The notes under the pieces are model-generated. The model was given only the letters and a program-made list of their open reading frames with translations, did no database searches and was not told the origin of the DNA. Of a DNA stretch of 64,000 nt, positions 10,342 through 22,779 are shown one piece after another; positions within the stretch are counted from its first letter, which is position 1; every line of letters starts with the position of its first letter. The stretch lies in NCBI RefSeq assembly GCF_020745735.1, contig NC_083420.1, positions 73,192,237 to 73,256,236 of the forward strand, given 5' to 3'. Position numbers and translations under genes: made by a program. This stretch comes from Hemiscyllium ocellatum. Taxonomy: Eukaryota.

Positions 10342-11555
10342 AGGCGCAGGCGCAGCGATGTTACTACTGCATCGACTAAGTTAGGAATCCGTGTGCTGTT
10401 TTGGGGACGAGGGTTCAAATCCCACCAAGGCAGATGGTGGAAATTGAATCCAACAAAAATCTGGAATTAAGTTCAAAGTTTGTGAGAAGATTTGTAGCTC
10501 AGATGCTCATTGTTGTGGTTCTATGCGCCAAGCTGTGAATTTGTGTTGCAGACGTTGTGTCCCCTGTATAGATGACATCCTCAGTGCTTGGGAGCTTTTT
10601 GTGAAGCGCTTCTGTGATGTTTCCTCCGACATTTATAGTGATTTGCATCTGCCGCTTCCGGTTGTCAGTTCCAGCTGTCTGCCGCAGTGGCCGGCATTTC
10701 GGGTCCAGGTCGATGTGATTATTGATTGAATCTGTGGATGAGTTCCATGCCTCTATGAATTCTCTGGCTGTTTTCTGTTTGGCTTGTCCTATAATAGTAG
10801 GGGTGTCTCAGTCGAACTCATGTTGCTTGTTATCTAAGTGTGTGGCTACTAAGGATAAATGGTCATGTCATTTGGTGGCTAGTTGGTGTTCATGGATGCG
10901 GATCGTAAGCTGTCTTCCTGTTTATGCTATGTAGTGTTTTTTGCAGTCCTTGCATGGGATTTTGTACACTGCATTGGTTTTGCAAAATACCTCATAGGGC
11001 AAACTGGAAGACAGCTAACGATCCGCATCCATGAACAGCAGCTCGCCACGAAACGATGTGACCAGCTATCCTTAGTAGCCACACACTCAAACGACAAGCA
11101 ACATAAGTTCATTGGGACAACATACTTTTATAGGACAAGCCAAACAGAGAACAGCCAGGGAATTTCTAGAGGCATAGCACTCATCCACAGATTCCATCAA
11201 TAAGCACATCGACCTGAGCCAAATTTCAGGACAGTTGGAAGCGACAACCAGAAGCAGCAGATACAAATTATTTTCAATACAGGAGGAATCATCACAGAAG
11301 CGCTTCACAGGAGGTTCCCATGCACTCAGGATGTCACCGAGATAGGGGATGAAACGTCTCCGACACAAATTCCCAGCTCGGCGAACAGAATCATAACAAT
11401 AAGTGCCTAATGGTGTCCATGAATCGATTATTGGAATTACCCACCAGGTTCACTAATTTCCTTTCAGGGAGGAAACTGTCATCTTTACCTCGTCTGGCTA
11501 CAGCAATGTGATTGACTCTTAGCTGCTCTCTGAGCAATTAGAGATGAGTGGTAAA
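10342..11555 (+). mobile_element. SacSINE1/DeuSINE-type SINE in the GPCR intron, split by a Penelope-like palindrome
   Basis: 5' part 10342-10471 with GGTTCAAATCCCACC B-box ending CTGGAATTAAG. 3' part ~11405-11555 with GGTTCACTAATTTCCTTTCAGGGAGGAAAC. Confidence 0.65.
10472..11407. mobile_element. Inverted-repeat Penelope/Poseidon-type element: GIY-YIG fragment plus hammerhead-bearing terminus in each arm
   Basis: Minus arm (10472-~10983) reads KTNAVYKIPCKDCKKHYIA*TGRQLTIRIHEH...INNHIDLDP. Plus arm (~10984-11407) reads LIGQTGRQLTIRIHEQQLATK...INKHIDL. Degenerate hammerheads at 10548-10587 (-; GAAA to ACAA) and 11322-11361 (+; CUCAGGA). Confidence 0.9.
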
Positions 11556-13133
11556 AAAAAATCGTTCCACCAGTATGGAATAATTCTCGCATTTACATTT
11601 TATATGTAGAATTTTCTTCACTTTTAACCATTTTGTTCCCCATTTAACTTATAATTTAATTTTCAGTTTAAGTATCTTTTTTTGGATGTTAGAATACATC
11701 ATTTTTAAACATATTGCTGTACCATTTTATTGGTCTGTTTCTTCTCAGTATGTCAATCATATCATCCCTTTAACAGTATACTGAATTGTAAATGCAAATA
11801 CTTCTTCATGGTATTAAGTGTACATATTTGATCGATTCAATACTACAACTTCACGAAATGAATTAATTCCTAACACATTGTTTATAATGACGGAAAATGT
11901 AATTAATTTTACTGGTATATTCTTGTGGCTGCGACACGGTTTCATTGATTGCATGCAAGAGCGAGTGAAGGAACCAAAGGTTATGATGGTTAGGTATATG
12001 TTGGAATTGACAATTGTTTGCTAGATCAAGTGTCAGTCTGTTATCATTGTGCGATGAAAATTCTCATGTTAATTGCTGATGCATTACTGTTTGTTTAGCT
12101 GATATCTTGAACGACTGACTTTGACAGTGCAGAATAAAAGTCACAAAAGATTGACAAATTTGACCATTAAATATTTTTTCGTGTATTTAGGGAAGCGGTT
12201 ATGTCAAGACAATTGGCAGTTAACTGATCACAGATATAGACAATGTTGTGATTGTCCTCCTGTCGGTTGCTTAATTCCAGATTCATTTCTGGACATTCTC
12301 CTAAATTTATGACTGAGGAATGTGTGAATTACTTCACGGATTGGGATCCCTTAAATATTCCAAAGATTTCTATCATTTCTATTTTACCCACAATGAATGA
12401 AGGCATCATACCAGTAATATGCTTCATATCTAATGCACGACGCCCTGATAAGTTGATCTGTTGCCTTAATATTACACAGCAAACAGCGAAGCGCTGTAAG
12501 GAAGGAGTACTATTCATTGAAATGACGTCTCATCATTGACCACACGCATTGGCTATACCTCTCAAACATAATAACTTAACCACCAATGAGCTTATGTTTG
12601 CGATGACAACCCACTCAAGTGGTTCAGTTCAACTTTGAAAATGATCAAGAAATTTCCAGTTTGTTCCTTGTCATAATACATTTGAGCAGCTTGATTTTCG
12701 TTTGCTCTAACTGTAACTCATTTTGCTTTAATCGATTGAGAAACAATTGCATTGAATCTTTAGTTTCCAGATGTTTTCCTTTTTATGTTATTCCTATAAT
12801 TGATAAATTTCTACAATTCTATATTAAAGTTTCATCTAAATGCACATTTGAAGTTCTTGTCTGTGCTTTGCTGCATATTGGATACTTCTTGTCCTTTGTA
12901 ATTCTCATCAGTAAATCATGTATTGCTGTGCAAAGAATTCGCATTATTTTTAATCTGAACGACGACATTGAAGCTAATCAACAATTGTGCTGAATGTTAG
13001 GGATATTTTCATTGATCAAATCTGTAAATTTCATGTATTATCCTGTAAAACTGATTTTTCAGTTGACACGACAGACAGTAATATTTCTAATTTTTCTCTG
13101 CTCTCCCTTTCTCCCCTCCCCGCCAACACCTAG

Positions 13134-14044
13134 GCAATGTCATAGTAATTGTCATCCTATCTCGAAGAAGGTGCGGTCTTTCTGGGCGTATCACATACTA
13201 TCTGGTGTCTATGGCAATCACAGATCTACTGGTCATGATCACGGCGGTCATTTTAAACCGGATCGCCGGGATTTACCTCCCCTTCAGTTTTTTGTCTATT
13301 ACACCCGTTTGTAGTATTCGTGCTGCCTTGAATATGGCAGCTATAGACAGTTCTGCTTGGTTAACAGTCGCTTTCACATTTGATCGATTTGTGACCATTT
13401 CATGTCAGAAGCTGAAAGTAAAATACTGTACAAAAGATGTGGCAGCACGGATCATAGGAGTTGTCTGCGCACTAACATGTGTAAAAAATGTCTTCATGTA
13501 CTTTATGTTTGGTCCTAGGTACATAATTAACAATATACCCTGGTTCTGTGTTATAAAAGTGATATATTATATTTCACCTGCATGGACGATATATGACTGG
13601 ACTCGTTGCATTTTAACCCCATTCCTCCCATTTGTCCTTATATTGCTCCTCAATGCATTCACTGTCAGATACATTCTTGTAGCCAATAGAGCTCGCAGGA
13701 GACTCCGGGCCCAAAGCAATATGGAGAGTCAGAATGACCCAGAAATGGAGAAACGAAGAAAGTCCATTGTTCTACTGTTTGCCATTTCTGCCAATTTCCT
13801 CTTGTTATATGCATTATTTTTTAGAACGATCCTTTATGTCCGAATTGCAAATGTTAATTATTCCTCAAGTACTGAAGTCAATGATTCAACATATTATCTG
13901 CAAGAAACTGCTATGGCACTTCAGTTGTTGAGTTCCTGCATAAACCCAATTATTTATGCTGGGACACAGAGTAAGTTCAGGACTGAGTTAAAGAATGGTG
14001 CGAAATATCCGCTGATCATACTGTGTAAAATATTTTCGAAATAA
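13134..14044 (+). CDS. GPR139-like class A GPCR, coding exon 2 (TM1 end to C-terminus; full protein 326 aa)
   Basis: Branch-like CTAAT 13087, polypyrimidine tract, TAG|G acceptor at 13133. Uninterrupted frame with YLVSMAITDLLV (TM2), PVC and AFTFDRFV (TM3), PWFC (ECL2), LTPFLPF (TM5), INPIIY (NPxxY) and helix 8 KFRTEL. Resembles the GPR139/GPR142 family; orthology not established. Confidence 0.92.
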
Positions 14045-14839
14045 ATTAAAGTATAACTAATATGAACAATCCAGTCACGGGCAACATGGTCTCTACATGT
14101 GCATGTCATGTGGAGCTACGTTTCCAAGCTTCAATTCGTTTTTATTTGTTTCTTACAGTGTGAAGATCAATACATATGAGGACATACTGGAAAAGAGTGC
14201 TAACATGTAGAGTTACAACGCATAACCCTTAAGTTCACTCATTATCCTGGGAAAATGTTATTCCTAACATGAACTCGCAGTGGCAATCTTGTTCACTTGG
14301 ACTTCTGTCTGCTCGCAGTAAATGTGAATTTGTCCTGGGAGTGTTATTCAAGCAGAATTGACCAGAATCTGTTTGTTATATTCAAAACTGCAACAATCTT
14401 TATTCTCAGGTGTTATCTTATTAATATTTGCTGCCGGGCTAGCTACTTCGAAGTTAAATTATTTAATTCAGTTCAAACAATTCTCAATAAATGTGATCCA
14501 TGTGGCTTCCTGACTGACTGTAATCAGTGAGTTAGTTTTGGAAAATGGTGGTCTTCAGGACCCGAAGAAGCACAGGTGCCTCTATGATTTCATTAACAAA
14601 CGTATGAATCACGTATGATGGGATACTGCTTTTGCAGCTTTTGACACCAGCCGGGTATGTGACCGGGTTTAGTATCCATCAGTGCACAATTCTACCTTTT
14701 CTTAGCCCAAATCTTTTGGATTTTTGGGCAAATTGAGCCAAATATTCTATCAGCTGATCAATCCCGCTCAAGAGTTTTCGCATTCTCCATCGCTACAAAA
14801 TACCTACCGAAGCTACAAATGGCTCTTAACGTCTGTTTC

Positions 14840-17800
14840 TAGAATATAGAACATAGAACAGTACAGCACAGAACAGGCCCTTCAGCCCACGATGCTGTGC
14901 CAACCATTGATCCTCATGTAAGGTAAACCTAATGTACGAACCCACAAATTTCTGTGACCATATGCATATCCTGCAGTCTCTTAAATATCCCCAATTACCT
15001 CGCTTCCACAACTGCTGCTGACAACGCATTCCATGCTCCCACAACTCTCTGCGTAAAGAACCCGCCTCTGACGTCCCTTCTATACTTTCCGCCAAACAGC
15101 TTCAAAATATGACCCCTCATGTTAACAATTTCTGCCCTGGGAAAAAAGTATCTGGCTGTCAACTCTCTATCTATGCCTCTCATGATCTTGTGCACCTTAA
15201 TTAGGTCCCCTCGCTTCCTTATTTTTTCCAATGAAGAAAGTCCCAGCTCAGTCAATCTCTCTTCATAAGATAATCCCTCCATTCCAGACAGCATCCTGGT
15301 AAACCTCCTCTGAACCCTCTGCAAAGCATCCACATCTTTCGTATAATAGGGCTACAAGAACTGGACACAGTGTTCCAAGTGCGGTCTAACCAAACTTTTA
15401 TGGAGCTGCAACAAGGTCTCATGGTTCTTAAACTCAATCCCCCTGTTAATCACAGCCAAAACACCATATGCTTTCTTAACAACCCTGTCTTCTTGGGTGG
15501 AAATTTTAAGGGATCTATGTACCTGCACAACATTTTCCCGCTGTTTCACCACACTGCCAAGAATCCTCTATTTATTCATGTACTCAACTTTCAAGTTCGA
15601 ATTTCCAAAATGCATCACTTTGCATTTATCCAGTTTGAACTCCATAGTCCACCTCTCAGACCATCTCTGTATCCTATCAATGTCATTCTGCAGCCTACAA
15701 CAGTCCGCTACACTGTCAACGACATCTCCAACCTTTGTGTCATCTGAAAACTTGCTCACCCATCCTTCAATCTCATCATCCAAGTCATTAATAAAAATTA
15801 CAAAGAGTAGAGGCCAAAGATCAGAGCCCTGTGGAACATTACTCACCACTGACTTCCAGGCAGAATACTTTCCTTCCACTATCACTCGCTGTCTTCTGTC
15901 GACCAGCCAATTTAGTATCCAGACAGCTAAATTTCTCAGTATCACATTCCTCCTGACCTTCTGAACGAGCCTACCATGAAGAATCTTATCAAATGCCTTA
16001 CAGGAGTCCATATACACCATATTCACTGCTCTACCAACATCGACTTGCAGAGTAACGTCCTCAAAGAACTCAATAAGATTTGTGAGGCATGACCTGCCCC
16101 ACACAAAGCCTTGCTGAATGCATTTAATCAAGGCATGCTCTTCCAGGTAGTCATAAGTCCTATCCCTCAGAATTCTTCCTTACATCTTGCAGACGACATA
16201 CGTGACACTGACTAATCTGTAATTGCCAGTGGTTTCCCTATTTCCTTTCTTGAAGAGAGGAATTACATTTGCCTCCCTCCAGTCCATAGGTACGACTCCG
16301 GTGGATAACTAGGATGCAAAGATCTTCGCAAACGGCGAAGCATTCACATTTCTTGCATCCCAATGCAGCTGAGGACAAATCTGATGGCCCTGTCGACTTG
16401 TCACTCTTAATGATTGTCAAAATTTTCAGCACATCAGCTTCATTAATCTCTACCTGTTCCAGTATTCTTACCTGCTCCTAAATGGGTTCATTCACTACAA
16501 TGTCCTTTTCTTTCGTGTAGACAGAAGCAACAAAAAAACTCATTTAGGGCTTCCCCTACCTCCTCAGTCTCTATACACAAGTTCCCTGTGATATCCCTGA
16601 TCGGCCGCACTCTTTCTTTGATCATTCTTTTATTCCTCACATACATGTAAAATGCTTTTGGATTCTCCCTAATCCTTCCAGCCAAGTCTTTTTCGTACCG
16701 TCTCCTTGCTCTCCTCAGACCATTTTTGAGCTCCTTCCTCACCTGCCTGTAATCCTCTACAGCTGAGCAAGACCTTTGCTTCCTCCACCTTACGTACGCT
16801 GCCTTCTTTCTTTTGACGAGAAACTCCTCCGCTCTCGTCACCCAAGCTTCCTTTATCTTACCCCTTCTTGCCTGTCTCAGAGGAACACTTTTGTGCATGA
16901 CTCACAACAACTGTTCGTTAAACAGTCTCCACAAATCAAAAGTGCCCTTTCCATGGAACAATTGCTCCCAGTCCATGCTTCCCAACTCACTTCTGATAGC
17001 ATCATAGTTTCCTTTTCCACAATTAAATATCCTCACATTGTGCCTGCTTCTCTCCTTCTCCATAATTATGTAGAATGTGAGGCAGTTGTGGTCACTCTCC
17101 CCAAAATGCTCTCCCACCGCAAGATCTGACACCTGCCCCGGCTCATTGCCAAGCACCAAATCAAAAATGGTCTCTCCCCTCGTTGGCCTGTCAACGTATT
17201 GGGTTAGGAAACCCTCCTGAACACTTACAAGATCAGCTCCTTCGAAACCATCTGCACGAAGGAGTTTCCAATCAATATTGGGAAAGTTGAAGTCACCCAT
17301 TACAACAACCCTACTACATTGACACTTTTCCAAAATCTGACGACCTATGCTTTCTTCAATGTACCTGCTGTTATTGGGGAACCTGCTGTAAACCCCCAAT
17401 GAGGTGACTTCTCCCTTACTGTTCCTAATTTCCACTCATATTGACTCAGTTGGCAGACCCTCCTCGACAATGGTAACTTCTGGCGCTATGATACACTCTC
17501 TGATTTGCAGTGCTACACCCCCTCCTCTTTTTCCCCCCTCCCTATTCTTTTTAAATTGTCTAAACCCTGGATCATCCAGCAAACATTCCTGCCCCTGAGA
17601 AACCCACAACTCTGTTATGGCCACAACATCAAAGCACCACATACTGATCCACGCTCTAAGATCATCACTTTTATTCCTGATACTCCTTGCAATAAAGCAA
17701 ACACATTTTAGCCGATCCCTTCGTTCTTTCCCAGGAAATTCCTTCCCACTGGCTGCGCTACCTCTTGCTATTGCCTCATCTCCATCAAATCTCACCACCG

Positions 17801-17965
17801 ATATATAGCTCAGGTTCCCAAACCCGTGCCACACTAGTTTAAACCACTCGAGCAAACCTTCCACCCAGGACATTGCTCCCCTTCCAGTTCAGGGGCAACC
17901 CGTCCTTTATTTACCAGTACCACCTTCCCCAGAAGGCATCCCAATTAACTACATATCTGAAGCCA
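14840..17965 (-). mobile_element. CR1/HER1-type LINE: near-complete decayed ORF2 (APE endonuclease + RT) and the end of the ORF1 esterase
   Basis: ORF pieces VVVMGDFNFPNIDW, ESDHN, QQGFVWGRSCLTNL, VPQGSDLWPLLF, KFSDDTK, RPHLEHCVQF. 3' tail (TTCTATG)n at 14840-14860. Confidence 0.95.
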
Positions 17966-18104
17966 GCCCAATTATTTGCATATGTGAATCTGTCAATTCA
18001 TTGTCGAAATTATTCTCTTCCTTTTGTTAACCCCATTAACGCTCCTATCTCAGTGAGTACACCGACTCGAAATCCTAAAAGAAAAACTGATGGAACTGCA
18101 GTCA

Positions 18105-18280
18105 CTGTAAATCAGAAACAGAAACAATAGTTGCTTGAAACGCTCAGCCCGTCAAGCAGCATCTGAGAAGACAACGCAGAGTTAAAGTTTCAGGTCCAGT
18201 GACTCTTCCTCAAAGCAGATATTGCGACGAAAATATCGGCTGATGTGCAGAAAACAGGGCGGATTGAAGGGGTAAGGAGC
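18105..18280 (-). mobile_element. Penelope-like terminal fragment with degenerate hammerhead
   Basis: Minus strand TTGAGGA-AGAGTC-ACTG-GACCT-GAAA-CTTT at ~18181-18215, followed by the CAGATGCTGCTTGAC tail. Confidence 0.6.
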
Positions 18281-18282
18281 AA

Positions 18283-19222
18283 ACATAGAATATAGAACAA
18301 TACAGCGCAGAACAGCCCTTCGGCCTTAATGTTGTGCCGACCGGTGAATGAATCGAAGCACATCCACCACTCTATCCCATTATCACTCATATGCTTATCC
18401 AAGGACTGTTTAAATACCCCGAATGTGGCTGAGTTAAATACATTGGCAGAGGGCATTCCATTCCCTTACCACTCTTTGAGTAAAGAACCTGCCTTTGACA
18501 TATGTCTTAAATCTATCACCCGTCAATTTGCAGCTATTCCCTCTCATACAAGCTGACATCATCATCCTCCAGAAAAGGCTCTCACACTGTACACCCTATC
18601 TAACTCTCTGATCATATTGTCTGTCTCTATCAAATCCGCTCTTAGCCTTCTTCTCTCCAATGAAAACAGACCCAAGTCCCTCAGCCTTTCCTCATAAGAC
18701 CTTCCCTCCAGACCATGCAACATCCTGGTAAATCTCCTTTGTACCTTTTTCAAACTTCCACATTCTTATTTTAATGGCGCAACCAGAACTGTATACACTA
18801 GTTGGGGCGAGGCCGTACGAGTGTTTTGTTCAGTTGTACAATTAGATCCTGGCTCCGGAACTCAATCCCTCTACCAATAAAACCAACCCACCGTATGCCT
18901 TCTTGACAGAACTATCAACCTGGATGGCAACTTTCAGGGATCCATGTACATGGACACCAAGATCCATCTGCTAATCCACTCTTTCAAGAATCGTTCCGTT
19001 TACCCAGTATTCTGCCTTCCTGCTATTCATCCCAAAGTGAATCACCTCGTATTTATCTGCATTGAACTCCATTTGCCACCTCGCAGCCCAGTTTTCCAGT
19101 TTATTCAAGTCTTCCTGCAACTTGCAGCATTCTTCCACACTGTCCACCAAACCATCGATTTTGGTGTCATCTGCAAACTTAGTAACTAGTCCACCTGTGT
19201 TTGTGTCCAAGTCATTTATAAT
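18283..19222 (-). mobile_element. 5'-truncated CR1/HER1 LINE
   Basis: KFADDTKI, VQRRFTRML and LFSLERRRLR motifs; (TTCTAT)n tail. Confidence 0.9.
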
Positions 19223-19498
19223 ATTATTTTAAAAGAAAATATTCCCCAAGCAAATGACTTTGTTGCTTCCAACACTGTTCCCTCGCATCTTTACATTTCA
19301 TATATCAGAGTTCAAACACATGTCTTCTCAGAGATGTCATACTCTATACAAAATCACGAACACACCTCGACGCCGCTCCTCCCATATCACTGAGTTACTG
19401 CACAATCCAATACTTACGTTTACGTTGACAGCGTTCCCTCTGTGCTGTCGCAGTCGCTGTTGCTGTTTGAACGTGGCCCAAACTTACAAACCGTACCA

Positions 19499-19782
19499 GG
19501 GCATCATGGTGGCTCAGTGATTAGCACTGCTGACTCACAGCACCAGGGTGCCAGGTTTGGTGACTGTGTGGAGTTTGTACTTGCTCACCATGTCTGTGTG
19601 GGTTTCCTCCTATAATCCAAAGCTGCGCAGATTAAGATCATTCTAGGTTGCCAAAGAGCTAGGTGCAAAACTTATGGCTAAATATGTGGTACAGGGATAG
19701 GTCTACGTGGGTTATTCTTTGAAGGATCGGTGTGGACTTTTTGGGCCAAATGGCCTGTTTGCAAACTATAGGGAATCTAACT
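19499..19782 (+). mobile_element. HE1-type SINE, old copy
   Basis: GGTGGCTCAGTGATTAGCACTGCTG head, TGTGTGGAGTTTG core and GGCCTGTTT tail. Confidence 0.8.
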
Positions 19783-19989
19783 CATCAGTCCATTTCGATA
19801 CCGTGGTTATGAAATCAATAATCAATCCTCATGTCAGAGCTTTTGCTGAAATGAACAAGAGATCATCGCAGTTACGGTTTCACGAAAAGGCCAGAAGGCG
19901 GTATTGAGCAAAAGAGACTTATTGGAAAAGATCTGTTTCTGCTGCTTTCTGTCTCATTTATTTCACTTACTTGTTCGGCTCCAGCTGGC

Positions 19990-20540
19990 AGTATTGTATG
20001 CTTCACATTCTAGCAGGGATACACTAGCAGAAAAGAATTGCCGGGTTATTTTTCTGGGTTGAAATGTTTCTGTTGTGAAGAGAGTTTGGAGAGACTGGGG
20101 GTGTTGCTTTTCATAGAGCAGAGAAGATTGAGAGGAGACTGTTTGAGGTGTACAAAATAATGAGGGATATAGATAGGGTAGACAGAAATAAACGTTTCCA
20201 CTTGATGGGGGGAATTGATCAGGAGGGATCAATCGCTTTTAGTTAAGAGGCAAAAAAAAACTTTGAATAGATCTGTGGAAGAATGTTTTCAGTGGGCAGG
20301 TGGTTGGGATCTTGAACCCACTGCCTAGACGTGTCTCAGCAGCATAAACCCTCATCAAATTAAGAAATATTCTTATGAGAATTTGTGACAACAAAGCAGA
20401 GAAAGCTATGAGCCAAGTGAATAAAAAAAAACATTGAGTTACGATTGCTCAGCAGTTGTTTTTGACCATCACTGACACGTAGGCTGGGGGCTCTTTTCTG
20501 CATGGAAGTAATTGGCACTTCAGTGGTTGGTATCTTCATC
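19990..20540 (+). mobile_element. Old CR1-type 3' fragment
   Basis: AGAAGATTGAGAGGAGAC (RRLRGD) and GGGATATAGATAGGGTAGAC motifs. Confidence 0.6.
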
Positions 20541-20543
20541 CGC

Positions 20544-21525
20544 CATAGAGTCATAGAGACGAACGGCATGGAAACAGAACTTTCGGACCAACCCGTTCAT
20601 GCTGACCCAGATATCCAAACCTAATCTAGTCCCACCTACCAGTACCCGGTCCATATCCCTCCAACCCTTCCTCTTCATATACCCATCCAGATGCATTTGA
20701 AATGTTGTAAATGTACCAGCCTCTACCATTTCCTCTGGCAGCTCATTCTATACACGTAGCACACTTTGTTTGAAAAAGTTGCCACTTATGTGTCTTTTAA
20801 AGCTTTTCCCTCTCACCCTAAACCTATACACTTTAATTCACCCCAGAGAAAATTCATGCCCTTAATGACTATATAAGGTCACCCCTCAGCCTCTGACGCT
20901 CCAGGGAAAACAGCCCCAGCCTATTCACCTCTTCCTGTAGCTCAAATCCTCCTACCCTGGCAACACTCTTTTAAATCTTTTCTGAACCAGTTCAAGTATC
21001 ACAACATTCTTCCGATAGGAAAGAGCCCAGAATTGCATGCAATATTCAAAAAGTGGCCTAACCAATGCCACGTACAGCCGCAACATGACCTCCCAACAGC
21101 TGTTCTCAATGTTCTGATAAACAAAGGAAAACACACCAAGTGCCTCCTTCACTATCTTATCTACCTGGGAGTCCACTTCCAAAGAGTTATGAACCTGCAC
21201 TCCACGGTCTCTTTGTTTGGCAACACTCCCAAGGACTTATCATTAAGTGCATAAGTCCTGATAGGATTTGCTTTCCCAAAAAGGAAAAACCTCACATTTA
21301 CTAAAATTAAAATCCATCTAATACTTCTAACCCCATTGACCCATCCGATCAAGATCCCATTGTAATGTGAGGTAACTTTCTTCTCTGTCCAGTACACCGA
21401 TAAATTTGATGTCATCTGCAAACTTACAAACTATATCTCTGATGCTCACATCAAATTAGTTATCTAAAGGACGAAAATTGTTGGACACAACATTGATTCT
21501 TTTGGCACTCCACTGGTCATATGCG
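20544..21525 (-). mobile_element. 5'-truncated CR1 LINE
   Basis: LVRPLFEYCMQFW and FADDIK remnants; (CTCTATGA)n tail. Confidence 0.88.
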
Positions 21526-21544
21526 TTTTGCATTTGGACTTTAA

Positions 21545-22370
21545 GTAGGCACTCAACAATGTACCTCACCAAAGTTTAAGTCTTAAGATAAGAGCCCATG
21601 GTTTTGGAGGTGACATGTTTACATGGATAGAAAATGAGTTAACAGCCAGGAGACAATGAGCAGAGAAATGATGTTCTTTTTCAGACTGGTGAAATGTAGC
21701 CATTGGCAGTTTCACATGGATAAGTACTGGAACTACAATTATATGCAACATAGATGGATGAGTTGCGGGAAGGAAGGAGAAAGTACTGGGGTCGAATTTG
21801 CAGATAGCACAAAAAAAAGGAAAAACGGATTGCAAGAGGGATAGAAATGGATCAGAAACAAATGCTTAGATAAAGATTTAGCAAATACACCATATTGTGG
21901 GAAAATGCAACGTTGTTAAATTTTAGAAGAGAGTATAAAAATAAATATTATTCAAGTGGAGAAAGAAAAGCATAAATCTTTAATACATGGAATTACGGGC
22001 CCTTGTGCACAAATAATGGGAAGCCAGCACATTAGTGCAGCAGGTAAAAAGGAAGTCTAATCGAACTTCATTTCAAAAGGGTTGGAATGTAAGCTAGGGA
22101 GATCTGACTGAAAATGTGCAAGGTGCTGGAGAGACAACACATGGAGTTTATCAGCAGTTCTTGTCATCTTATTTAAAAGATTGCATTTTGCTGTAGGCAG
22201 CTCTAAGAAGGTTCACGAGATGATCCCCGGTATGGTGAGATTGTCTTACGAGCAATAAAAAGCCTGGAAGTCTCCGCCCTTGAATTTAGAACATTAAGAT
22301 GTGATCTCATCGAATCAGATAGGATTCTTAAGAGGTTTCACAGTGTAAAAACAGGAAGTATGTGTCGGAG
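21545..22370 (+). mobile_element. Old CR1-type RT fragment
   Basis: VPHQSL..KIRAHG, EFADSTK and RRFTR remnants. Confidence 0.6.
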
Positions 22371-22411
22371 GAATTTGCCCAATAAGTTAGAGATCACAAA
22401 GCACATTTTAA

Positions 22412-22508
22412 GGAAGCTCACAGGAGGCTCCAATAGCACTGATGATGTTCCCTAGCCAGGGAATGAAACGTTTGCAGCAAAAACTTCCAGCTCGGCGAAC
22501 AGAACCAC
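22412..22508 (+). mobile_element. 97-bp Penelope-like hammerhead module with perfect 12-bp TSD
   Basis: AGCACATTTTAA at 22400-22411 and 22509-22520. Body homologous to 11305-11400 and 57644-57772. Confidence 0.88.
22436..22475 (+). ncRNA. Minimal type I hammerhead ribozyme, intact core
   Basis: GCA-CUGAUGA-U-GUUCCCU-AGCC-AGGGAAU-GAAA-CGUU-UGC. 7-bp stem II, stem I GCA/UGC, GUU triplet. Confidence 0.82.
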
Positions 22509-22779
22509 AGCACATTTTAAAGTTTATTTCTGCGATATTGCGGAAGAGAATCTGTCGAACCTGAAGCAGAACAGATAGTCTGCCCAAGATGTCTAGAATT
22601 TCTCTTCCTCGAGCTGCGGATGAAGCCAGTTTTTTATAACAATTTTGTACAATAAGTCTAATTAGAAACAAGGAAAATACAATGAGTCTGTGGCATCTTG
22701 CAACATGGCCCAGATCTCTGCATGGTTCCAGGGCTCTTCAAGGTGAGTAGATCCAATCATAATACGAGGGAATTGGCAT

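Noticed and set aside
13205-14044. Single-exon 279-aa GPCR as given by the ORF track
   Set aside because: It starts at an internal GTG and lacks TM1; the spliced model with exon 10160-10229 restores all seven helices.
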